From Dendrobates tinctorius (taxonomy: Eukaryota), in NCBI RefSeq assembly GCF_039654945.1, contig NW_027361924.1:10354001-10418000 (forward strand): DNA of 64,000 bases, given 5' to 3'. The translations under genes were made by a program, and so were the position numbers. Positions 25,145 to 35,838 of the stretch are shown here, in pieces (the stretch's first letter is position 1; each line of letters opens with the position of its first letter). The notes beneath the pieces were generated by a model. It worked only from the letters and a program-made list of their open reading frames with translations. It did not search any database and was not told the origin of the DNA.

Positions 25145-26578
25145 TTCAAGGAAACCGTCAGCATGCAGGTTAGCTGCAGTGCTTATACCCTGCTCAGATC
25201 CATGCAGTATTCTTATTCTAGCATAACATCTACAGATAGGGACATGATAAGAAATAGATCCGTCAACAGCGCACCCTGCTGACGGTTTCCAGGTCATTTT
25301 TTTAAAGTCTGGCATCCATTCTGTGAATGGATTCATAAATGGAGTTACAATTCACCCCCTTATCCTTCTTCCCTCCTCCCCTCTATTTCCCAGGTAGTGA
25401 ATAGGTTAATAACGCAAAGTCTTTCCAGGACACATCCCTTTAATTCCCCAGTCTATGATATCATGGGCTATGAATAGGCAGCCACCTAGTAACCAATGCG
25501 TTAACCCTGGCGGTGAGGGGGTTAACGAGGGCGAGAGCTTTCCAGGACCCAGCCTATCTGGAGCTGGCCAGGAGCAGCACTGGCTGCTGATCTCACCCCG
25601 CTCAGTGCTCGCAGTGACCCCGGAGCGCAGTGTCCACTCTGCTATGTGCCAGTATGGGACCTACAAGCGCAGGTAGGTGACCTCAAAAAGTCCAGCATGT
25701 GCCCCAATAGCCATGTCAGTAGGAGACCTGTCGCCATCATAGCCACCCTCGATACCACCAGTGCCAGGGCTACCTGCTGATGTTCTCCCATCCAGGGTGT
25801 GACTTACAAGGCGCCCACTATTGTCCGCTGCCAACTCGCTCACTACTGGGGACATGCACCATGGACTACTTGCTTGATGCATTAAAGGCATTAGGACCCC
25901 AATAGTTACTGAATTCATTTTAGGGGGTCCCCAATTTCCAGAAATCTGTTTACGGACACAATTTGGTCAAGTACCCCCGTCTTAAAGAATTGTGCTGAGA
26001 ATCCTGATGGAAACCACATAGTCTATGGACCCATGAAGGGGGGGTGGGCTGGGGTGTACATTTGAGGGTCTTCTTCCCAGATTACACTATATAGAAAGCA
26101 CCACCTACTTGCTGATGAGCTCCAGACACATGATAATTCATACTCATTGGTACTTCCCAATCTCAGTGTAAAAACTTCACCTGCGGAATTGAGAGGCGAT
26201 CATGAAGGGTTAATAAAAGCCCACGTTACCAGCCCCCCCCCACACCCAATATTCCCTCCCGCGGGCTCACATAACATGCTGAGTCAGGAACAGGCGGCGC
26301 GATGCCAGCGGTTTTTGACACCTTCCCAAAATTCGGGAGTGAATAGTGAATATTGTCCTATAATGTAATAAATACGTTCCGTGCGCTGGCCGGATATATA
26401 TATATATATCTATATCGCCAGACCGTGAGACGGCGCCTTATAGAAAGCCGCCAACTGTCCCGAAATGCAGGGGCACTGGAGCTGAAGGCGACGCACTGAC
26501 AGATCTGTCAGCCAGGGGCTTGGGAAAGCTGCACCATGGAAAGTGGCCATGTTGGTTAAGATCCAGCTTTTCCGGGAA
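25145..26578 (+). promoter_or_regulatory. Candidate IGFALS regulatory motifs: GAS/STAT sites and liver-type motifs
   Basis: TTCAAGGAA (25145-25153), intronic TTCCGGGAA (26570-26578), GGTTAAT plus CAAAGTCT (about 25404-25421), CCAAT (about 25493). Confidence 0.4.
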
Positions 26579-28696
26579 CAGATAGGATATTACACAATGG
26601 CAACTTGGGGAAACTTTTTGGACTTTGATTTTTTGGACCCTGTCATCATACCATCTTTGCCAACTTTAGAGCTCCTCCCCTTCATCGAGGCTCCTCCCCT
26701 CTGACTATAGGCATTTCCTGATTGTAAGTTATACACTGTATCAGCCCCCTGTGTACTAACTTTCTGATGTGTCTGTGGCAATGAACGTCATCCAATCTGT
26801 AGAAGCAGAGCTGTAGTGTACAGAACGGGGGAGAGTCCACTCTTTTGTCTTACTCCATTTCCTATTTTCTTCCCCACAGAGGTTGTAGCCTTGATCCTTC
26901 TCTGCGGCTTTGTGACAAGTACCTGTGTGGCCTTGGAGTCTCGAACTACTGAAGGAGATGGCGCTCTATTATCTGCGGAGATTAAATGTCCAACATCTTG
27001 TGTCTGTAGTTACGACTACAATGAAGACTACAACGTCTTTTGCAGCTCGCGGAACCTCTCCCATGTGCCAGATCTTCTGCCCACAAATGTCCGAGCTTTA
27101 TGGCTGGATGGCAATAACCTTACCACCGTGCCCACAGAAGCTTTCAAAAACTTATCCCAGCTGGACTTTCTTAACCTGCAAAGCAGCCATCTGACTAATC
27201 TAGAGACACATGCCCTCCATGGCCTCAAGGGTTTGGCACATTTGCATTTAGAAAGAAACACTTTGAGGTTCCTGGCCCCTAACACCTTCCTTCACACCCA
27301 AAACTTGGTCTCCTTGAGCCTCAACAACAATTACTTCACAAAGATCGAAGATGGCTTATTTGCAGGTCTTTCACACCTTTGGTACCTAAACTTGGGCTGG
27401 AACTCATTAGTGACCTTTCCAGACACAGTGTTTCATGACCTACCTAACCTTAGAGAGCTCATTTTGGCTGGAAACCATCTGGCCTACGTTCATTCTCCGT
27501 TGTTTGTGAGTTTGGTGGAACTAAAGGAGCTGGACCTCAGTGGGAATATGTTACGAGGATTGAAAGCTCACATTTTTATCAAATTACATAAGCTTCAGAA
27601 ATTGTATCTCAACCACAATATCATCTCCACCATTGCTTTTCGAGCCTTTTTCGGCATGAAGTCCCTCCGATGGTTGGATATGTCACAGAATCGTCTGTCT
27701 TCCCTTTCTGAAGACACCTTTACCGGATTACTAAGTCTCCATGTTCTTAGGTTGTCCAACAATTCTCTTATTAGCTTACGCCCAAGGGTCTTCAAGGATC
27801 TCCAGTTTTTAGAAGAGCTGAACTTGAGCTACAACAAGCTCAGGATTCTAGTTGAACGAGTGTTTGAAGGTCTTGGACAACTTGAATTCTTGTCTTTGAA
27901 TAACAATAACATTCAGGAAATCCGTCCAGGAGCATTCACAGGACTCTTCAATGTGGCAGTGATGAAGTTATCGGGGAACTGCCTTAAGACACTTTACGAA
28001 CATTCATTCCGAGGACTCGGAAAGCTTCATAGCTTGCACATGGAGAACAGTTGTATCAGCAGGATAAAGCCTCACACGTTCTTGGGCCTCTCAAATCTTC
28101 GGAGGCTCTTTCTCCAGCATAATGACATCTCGGTCATTGATGATAACAGCTTCTCTGACCTTCAAGATCTACTAGAACTTGACCTTCGGTTCAATAAGTT
28201 GACTCAACTCTCAGCTAAATCCTTCATGGGACTCAAAGATCTCTCCTACCTTCTTCTGGCCAACAACCAACTGCAGACTCTTTCTTCGGAGACCTTCAGT
28301 TCATTTGAGAAGCTACAGTGGCTTGATCTTTCGGACAACCTCTTGAATGCTGTGGCTACTGACACCTTCCTGCCGTTTTCTCGTCTTCGATATCTCGGTC
28401 TTCAAAGGAACCCACTGAAAACCATCTTGATTAGCTCCTTGTTCATGAGTTCTCCAATCCAACAGTTGTGGTTACATGGGAACCATTGGGATTGTGACTG
28501 TTCCCTAAAGGACCTAAGAGACTTCTGCCTAAGAAATGCCACCGTTGTCCCCAGAGTTGTACAGTCCGTGTCTGAGGGTTATGATACCAGTCCTCCTAGC
28601 TACATCTACAACAACATCACCTGTGCTGGTCCTTTGATGTTTGTAGGACAGGACTTACGGGATTTGAGTGATGAACATTTTTTGCAATGTCCTTGA
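25654..28696 (+). CDS. IGFALS: IGF-binding protein acid-labile subunit; exons 25654-25672 and 26880-28696; about 611 aa
   Basis: A short phase-1 exon 1 (MGPTSA, donor gtaggt) joins a cag acceptor at 26879. The product has a signal peptide, LRRNT ([10 protein letters not shown]...VFCSSRNL), about 19-20 LRRs, and LRRCT ([13 protein letters not shown]...YNNITCA...[13 protein letters not shown]), with no TM. This matches the two-exon ALS structure. Exon 1 is less certain than exon 2. Confidence 0.93.
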
Positions 28697-29107
28697 TTGG
28701 AGGGCAACAAACTTGGGGTGATTTACTCCCATTACACAATGTTAAACTAATGACACCCCTGTAGGATACCACGCTTCTCCTTTAAGGAACTGTATCATTC
28801 AAATACCATCTACCAATCCACCGATTGATTATTCAGCCTCCGCTCGATGGAACCCATCATTTTCTGCATTAGTTGGTCTGTGGAGTATGTTCCTAGTGGA
28901 CTGATAAACCCATATACAATGCATGCACGCTTCCTTTATAGTGGACAGACCTTTAATGAACTATATTCCATTGTCTTGTGGAAATGTTTTCTCATTGGCT
29001 TTTCCCATGTGTCCATCTAATGGAATAGAAATGTTAAATACCTATGTAGTAGTCCAATCTCCGTCATTTTGATGCAGAGCTCCCAAACCTCCTCAAAGCT
29101 GTACCAT

Positions 29108-29506
29108 TTAAAGCGTAACCATCATTTTCATGTTTATTTCCTAAATCATGGGTAAAATCTATATTTAGACACAATGTTCCCATTACTAAGACAGGAGATG
29201 ACAGTTAGTGCTTAAAAATTCTATGGAGAGGGGGAGGAGCTAGAGACACATTCTGCTGCAAGTTCTCCTGAAGCAACAGTTATTACAGTTCTCCATAAAA
29301 CTTTCTGAGCACCATTCATCATCCCTCATCTCAGTAATGAGAAAGTCTGTATTCAATTAAGGACAGATTTTTACCCGTGAACTGAGAATTTTGAGAATAA
29401 AAGATCAGTCCTGGTGGAGAAAGGAGCAGATTTGTCTGATAATATATATTACAAAGTTTCTTAGTTTCCCATGTATTAATGGTTTATGAAAAATAATCCA
29501 CTTTAA
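29108..29506. mobile_element. Decayed TTAA-flanked (T2/Kolobok-like) MITE; related copy at about 32755-33125
   Basis: TTAA at both ends, internal inverted arms, and shared sequence (gttccca.tact.agat, tgaactgagaattttgagaat) with the 32.8-33.1 kb copy. Confidence 0.5.
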
Positions 29507-30611
29507 ATACCATTAGCATTGCCTTCAGCCACCACTAGGGGGAGCATAATGTATAATTCAATGTATAAACTGTATGCAGTGTGCTCCCTCTAGTGGTGAC
29601 ATCAGGATCATATGATTTAAACTATATGGATGGATATGCTGGGGATTTGGAGCGCTGTATCAGACAAAGCATTGTATATAATTCGGAGGTGTAAAATTTT
29701 GGAGCTATTCAGTGAACGGCATTCTCGACTAAATAAATATCGATAAAAGTGAACAGAACAAAAAATGTCAGGAAGGATGCGGAAAATTTAGGTTCCATTT
29801 TCTTCTGGGAGATGAGGGAAGACGTGAGCTGAAGGCGCGGACATTCATCTTAGCAATTTCACCAGAATTCTGTAAGTTGCTTTAAAAAGTCGCAAACTTT
29901 TGGTGTAACTCTGAGTTGCGCAAATTCTTTGACATTTTGAGGTCAGTTTCTCCCAGCTCTGCTAAAATGTATGGAGCTGGGGAGGGATGGGGGCGTGTCG
30001 GGGGCATGATGACGATGGTCGTCTCAGTATGACGAGCTATGGCTTTTCATATGCCATTAATCTTACTCCAGTCAAAAACTGAAGATTTCTGGCGTGGGGC
30101 ATGGAGGCACACTCCGCCTGTCAGATGCACATTGTAAATAAATCAGGAGCGTCGAATTCTAGTACGTCCCGTCAAGACCGGACTTCATAAATTGGGGCTT
30201 TAGTTTCAAGAGGGCAGTGACGTAGAGGCGGCAAGATGTTCCCGACGCATGGAGGCATCACTCAAGGAAAGATTTCATGGTGGGCACAAGGGTCACACAA
30301 GAAATACGGAAGATCTACGTCTTCTCCTGAGAGGACAAGAACAGCCGCACTAATTAGGGGAAGGATTAATCCGCATCCTGCGTGGCAGCCATGTTTTTTT
30401 AGTCCACATCACATCCACAAGTCCCGGCCGGACCATGTGTGAAGCTATGCGTCATACTGCTAGTTTACAGATCAGAAGTCACGGCTGCTACACAAAATGT
30501 GAATAAGGCCTAATAGGACGGATGGCTCGCAGAGGTTTCTAGAATCTATCGAACACATTGATGTTAAATATGAATCATTTTATTGGGTGAGGCAAATAAA
30601 TGTACAACAAT

Positions 30612-32407
30612 TAGTGATGAGCGAAAGCTCTCAGGTAAGGTGTTCTCTGAGCATGCTCAGGTGCTAACAGAGTGTATCCGGCGTGATCGAAAACTATGTA
30701 CGAGTCCCCACGGCTGTTCGACAGCCGCAACACATGCAGGGATGGCCTAACAGCCACGAGACATGCAGGGATGGCCTAACAGCCACGAGACATGCAGGGA
30801 TGGTCTAACAGCCACGAGACATGCAGGGATGGCCTAACAGCCACGAGACATGCAGGGATGGCCTAACAGCCACGAGACATGCAGGGATGGTCTAACAGCC
30901 ACGAGACATGCAGGGATGGCCTAACAGCCACGAGACATGCAGGGATGGTCTAACAGCCACGAGACATGCAGGGATGGTCTAACAGCCACGAGACATGCAG
31001 GGATTGCCTAACAGCCACGAGACATGCAGGGATGGCCTAACAGCCACGAGACATGCAGGGATGGCCTAACAGCCACGAGACATGCAGGGATGGCCTAACA
31101 GCCACGAGACATGCAGGGATGGCCTAACAGCCACGAGACATGCAGGGATGGCCTAACAGCCACGAGACATGCAGGGATGGCCTAACAGCCACGAGACATG
31201 CAGGGATGGCCTAACAGCCACGAGACATGCAGGGATGGTCTAACAGCCACGAGACATGCAGGGATGGCCTAACAGCCACGAGACATGCAGGGATTGCCTA
31301 ACAGCCACGAGACATGCAGGGATTGCCTAACAGCCACGAGACATGCAGGGATTGCCTAACAGCCACGAGACATGCAGGGATGGCCTAACAGCCACGAGAC
31401 ATGCAGGGATTGCCTAACAGCCACGAGACATGCAGGGATGGCCTAACAGCCACGAGACATGCAGGGATTGCCTAACAGCTACGAGACATGCAGGGATTGC
31501 CTAACAGCCACGAGACATGCAGGGATGGCCTAACAGCCACGAGACATGCAGGGATGGCCTAACAGCCACGAGACATGCAGGGATTGCCTAACAGCCACGA
31601 GACATGCAGGGATGGCCTAACAGCCACGAGACATGCAGGGATGGCCTAACAGCCACGAGACATGCAGGGATGGCCTAACAGCCACGAGACATGCAGGGAT
31701 GGTCTAACAGCCACGAGACATGCAGGGATGGTCTAACAGCCACGAGACATGCAGGGATTGCCTAACAGCCACGAGACATGCAGGGATGGCCTAACAGCCA
31801 CCAGACATGCAGGGATGGCCTAACAGCCACGAGACATGCAGGGATGGCCTAACAGCCACGAGACATGCAGGGATGGCCTAACAGCCACGAGACATGCAGG
31901 GATTGCCTAACAGCCACGAGACATGCAGGGATTGCCTAACAGCCACGAGACATGCAGGGATGGCCTAACAGCCACGAGACATGCAGGGATGGCCTAACAG
32001 CCACGAGACATGCAGGGATGGCCTAACAGCCACGAGACATGCAGGGATGGCCTAACAGCCACGAGACATGCAGGGATGGCCTAACAGCCACGAGACATGC
32101 AGGGATTGCCTAACAGCCACGAGACATGCAGGGATGGCCTAACAGCCACGAGACATGCAGGGATGGCCTAACAGCCACGAGACATGCAGGGATGGTCTAA
32201 CAGCCACGAGACATGCAGGGATGGCCTAACAGCCACGAGACATGCAGGGATTGCCTAACAGCCGCGAGACATGCAGGGATTGCCTAACAGCCACGAGACA
32301 CGCAGCCGCGGACACTCGAATGTATTATTTGAGCACGCTGGAGACACTCGGTTAGCACCCGGGCGTGGTCGGATACGACCTTATCTGAGCACCATCACAC
32401 ATCACTA
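30612..32407. mobile_element. hAT-type MITE (TAGTGATG...CATCACTA) containing an expanded minisatellite
   Basis: Long imperfect inverted arms; near-TSD acaacaat / gtaacaat. Confidence 0.75.
30722..32305. repeat. 29-bp minisatellite (about 54 copies)
   Basis: Unit cagccacgagacatgcagggat(g/t)g(c/t)ctaa. Confidence 0.97.
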
Positions 32408-33504
32408 GTAACAATTCAACGATTCGAACGTTATATTGGATTCTACTAATAATTGATCATCTTCACACTTTGCAGCCAAATCTCAGAGAGTCGAGGCAGA
32501 AAATCCTCAAGGATGGGTTCAGGGCCACGGACTCCACCATATGGGGGACCTTCAGAGGCCCATGAGGGTGTGGATGCTGCTCTAGCCATAGTGTTCCTAG
32601 TGATAGTCGCTCCCTCCGCAGCCCACTGTAGCCCTACGTCTGGCAAGAGGCAGCGCCACGAGCCGAGCAAAGACTGCGCTGCCACCTTCTGGCAGAATAT
32701 GTCATGTATCTAATGCACCATGCCTCTAGAGCCCGAGACCTGCAGCACTAGGTTTAGAGAGTAACCTTCATTTTAGTTTAATAAATCAATAATAAAATGT
32801 TAAAATAAGCAACTTTGCAATATATCCTCTCATAGAAATCTGCTTCTTTCTCTTTCTTTCACTTCATGGGAAAAATCTCTAAAATCAGAATTCAGTGAAG
32901 AGAAGACACATGTTCCCAATACTGAGATAGGCGGTGTCACTTGGTGCTTTTACATTTCTATGGAGTAGGGAAGAGCACAGACATCCTCCTGCAAGTTTTC
33001 CTGAAACGTCAGTTCTAGTGCTCCATAGAACGTCATAAGCACTAACTGTCATCTCTTATCTCAGTAATGGAAGAATCTGTATTCACTGGAAAGACTTTTT
33101 ACCAGTGAACTGAGAATTTTGAGAATTAATCTAATACAATAATACGCGTGCATTTACACTGGCCGATCACTGTGAGCTAGCACTCCTAGGAACACTCGTT
33201 TCACAATAATCAGCCAGTAGAAACAGGCCACCAGTCATCCAACGCAAGAGCCAAATGTGAGTTTGTTGGGTGAAATGACTTCTCATCATTCTCGGCAGCA
33301 CATTGTCCTGTGTAAGCAGGACATGTGCTGCCGAGAACAAAGATAGTATATAAACACAGAATGGTCTTGTTAACGATCGTTCTGTGCCCACGGACGTCTA
33401 GTCGGCCGTGTCTAAACAGACTATTCCACCATCGCTGATTGGCTTTTACAGAGCTGATCAGCGGTTGTTTAGGGGTCATGGGTGGGGGGGACCACCCTAA
33501 ACGC

Positions 33505-33860
33505 ACCATAAGTTAGTGATAGACTGGTACAGAGGGAGATAACACCATTCCAAGGCTCACCATCTACAAGGGAAGGGGAAAGGAGACAGCAGGTGAGCGT
33601 AGAAGATGCTACTACATGGTGGTGTAGAGTCAGCGGGGTGATCTTAGGCTATGAACTTTTCGGAAGACGTGGTTTTTAGGTTTTCTTTGAAGGCTTTGAT
33701 CGTGAAAGAAAGTCTAATGAGTTCAGGATTTGGGAAAGCACAAGAGAAACCTTGGAGACATTTGTGTGAGAAGCCAACAAGAGGAGAGCAAAGAAGGAGG
33801 TCTTGTGAAGATCAGAGGTTATGTGTGGTGAGGTATCAGGAGGGGATAGGTTATCCAGAG
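33505..33860 (-). mobile_element. Decayed LINE (L2-like) 3' fragment
   Basis: Recognised by resemblance to amphibian L2 3' ends; no intact ORF. Confidence 0.35.
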
Positions 33861-34223
33861 CCTGGTAAATGATTGTCGTCTCGTACCACATACCCGGCTA
33901 CCAAAGGCTATGAGGCATCGCCATCTTGTCCTCTCCCTACAAATTTTACCATAATCCCACCCAGAGATCTGCATCACCAAAATGTTGTCTCGGATCAAGA
34001 GGTCTTTTAGTTTGGATGAAAAACAAGGAACAACAAGAAACATAACAGGTTCTTCAGGGGGGTCAAAAATACAACCCGGCCGCAATGTAGGAGTGTCACA
34101 CCTGCTCCACAGAAAACACACCCTCAGTAAAAGTGCCAGAGGCCGCACATACCTGAGGTAAAGATTTGCACTTTTCGTGGAACTTAAATGGCAGCTACCT
34201 GAGAGCAATAGCCGGAATTAAGA

Positions 34224-35798
34224 TTAGTTGATGATTCTGAGGCAAGAGTCTGGGAATAGATAAAAGGCGAGGTGGAGCGGCTCAGTGAAGGAGGCGGTGA
34301 AGGTGTGTAAGTGTCTGATGGGGTCACACACCTGAATGAAGGACAAACGCCCGGCCTCATAATCCAGAAAGATCCCCACAACCCGCACCTGAGGGTCAGA
34401 GAACAGCTGTTTAGGAGTATTGTTATGACGTGCCATAAAAAAGTAATTTGCACATAAAGCCCAAGACTTGTCATTATACCCAAGGAACGATTCGTTACCC
34501 ACAACCTTCCTCTCCAGACTTTGCCCGGCCACCCCTATCAGCCATCTCTCCGCCTGACTCACGTCCACCTCCCAGTAATGTCTCCCGGAGGAGAAGCTGC
34601 GGGAACTAAAGACTTGACGGGACTTGAACCTCTTGGGCCCATCGGGTCTGTTCTGTGATGTAGCGGAATAAGAAGCAGATCTGAGATCTCGTGATATAAT
34701 AATGTTATTATGGGCTGTGTCTACATCCAGTAATATGTCCGATTTCTCCATCACTGAGAACTGTCTCTTTATCCTCATAAACATGTCATCCGAAAAGCGT
34801 GCAAGTCCCTGGTGTAAGACCTGTGAGACTGACATGAGGTTCTGAGTCCCAATGTCCTTCACCTCACCAATGACATCGGGGGTCCGGTGACTAAACCCAT
34901 CACTCCTGTTCAGCTCCGTCAGGAAGGTGAGAGGGTCGTGGACCTTGCACAACTCCTCAGCCTGATGGATCTTAATTGCGAGCTCGTATCTTTCCTTCTC
35001 GAGTTCTTGGATTAAGTTGCTGATTGGCAACAAGACTTGATTTTCCTGCCTGGAGATCTCACAAAGGACTTTTCTCTCTAATACGCTCAGTTGATCCCTG
35101 AGGTCTTTGAACAAGTAGTGGACTCTCTTAGTGATCGCGGTGGACCTCATCTTCTCATCTTTCCTATGATCCTGTAGGTTATGGACTCTCTTCTCAATGT
35201 CCTCCTGCTCAGAGCTCAGTATCTCCATTATGTTCTCCAATTTTGCCTTCTCTTTCTGAAAGGCCACGTCCAATAGAGCGCAATCATGTCCCTTATGGTC
35301 TTCGACCACCCAGCAGGACACACAGATACAGGCGGCGTCTATAGGACAGTAGTATTTCAGCACCTCCTTGTGTGTGGAGCATTTTCTTTCCTCCGGGGTA
35401 ACAGTGGGGTCAACTAAGGTATGTTCTGGTGACTTACTGTGTCTGCTTAGGTGTTTTCCGCAAAAAGACGCCTCACACTGTAGACAAGTTCTTACTGCCG
35501 GTACAGGAGACTTTGTACAGTAAGTACAGAAGATCCTGGTCTCCTCCATATCAGGCTGAGTAGATGAGAAACGCTCCACTATGCTCCTCAGCTTCCGGTT
35601 CTTCTCCGGGGCCGGACGCTCCGGATATTCCGCTCTGCAGTCAGGACAGGAATACCCTCCAGCCGCCTCCTGGGCATCCAGCACACTCACAATACACGAG
35701 CGGCAGAAGTTGTGTCCACATCTCAGGGATACGGGATCTGTATAGAGGCTCAGGCAGATGGAGCAGTTCAGCTCGTCCCTCAGCTCCGCAGACGCCAT
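34224..35798 (-). CDS. Intronless TRIM E3 ligase A (RING, B-box1, B-box2, coiled coil, PRY/SPRY; TRIM25/TRIM39/finTRIM-like), 524 aa
   Basis: Single open frame with CSICL...CGHNFC...CPDC, CTYC...CLQC, CSTH...CICVSC and LDVDTAH...GRHYWEVDV...VGIFLDYEAG. Start placed at MASA (acaATGg) by comparison with the paralogue. Confidence 0.93.
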   Translation of the reverse strand: MASAELRDELNCSICLSLYTDPVSLRCGHNFCRSCIVSVLDAQEAAGGYSCPDCRAEYPERPAPEKNRKLRSIVERFSSTQPDMEETRIFCTYCTKSPVPAVRTCLQCEASFCGKHLSRHSKSPEHTLVDPTVTPEERKCSTHKEVLKYYCPIDAACICVSCWVVEDHKGHDCALLDVAFQKEKAKLENIMEILSSEQEDIEKRVHNLQDHRKDEKMRSTAITKRVHYLFKDLRDQLSVLERKVLCEISRQENQVLLPISNLIQELEKERYELAIKIHQAEELCKVHDPLTFLTELNRSDGFSHRTPDVIGEVKDIGTQNLMSVSQVLHQGLARFSDDMFMRIKRQFSVMEKSDILLDVDTAHNNIIISRDLRSASYSATSQNRPDGPKRFKSRQVFSSRSFSSGRHYWEVDVSQAERWLIGVAGQSLERKVVGNESFLGYNDKSWALCANYFFMARHNNTPKQLFSDPQVRVVGIFLDYEAGRLSFIQVCDPIRHLHTFTASFTEPLHLAFYLFPDSCLRIIN

Positions 35799-35815
35799 TG
35801 TAGTGGGAGAGAGCA

Positions 35816-35838
35816 GGAAATGAAAGTGGAAAAGTTCC
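35816..35838 (-). promoter_or_regulatory. IRF/ISRE-like element just upstream of the TRIM A start codon
   Basis: The + strand reads GGAAATGAAAGTGGAAAAGTTCC (tandem GAAA repeats). A TATA-like TTATAT lies just upstream on the - strand. Confidence 0.5.

Noticed and set aside
26816-26879. ORF-track start of IGFALS (MYRTGES…)
   Set aside because: Non-ATG start in the intron's polypyrimidine tract; the exon starts at 26880.
26880-28696. Toll-like receptor or VLR-type LRR immune receptor
   Set aside because: No TM/TIR domain or GPI stalk, and the terminal motifs match IGFALS.
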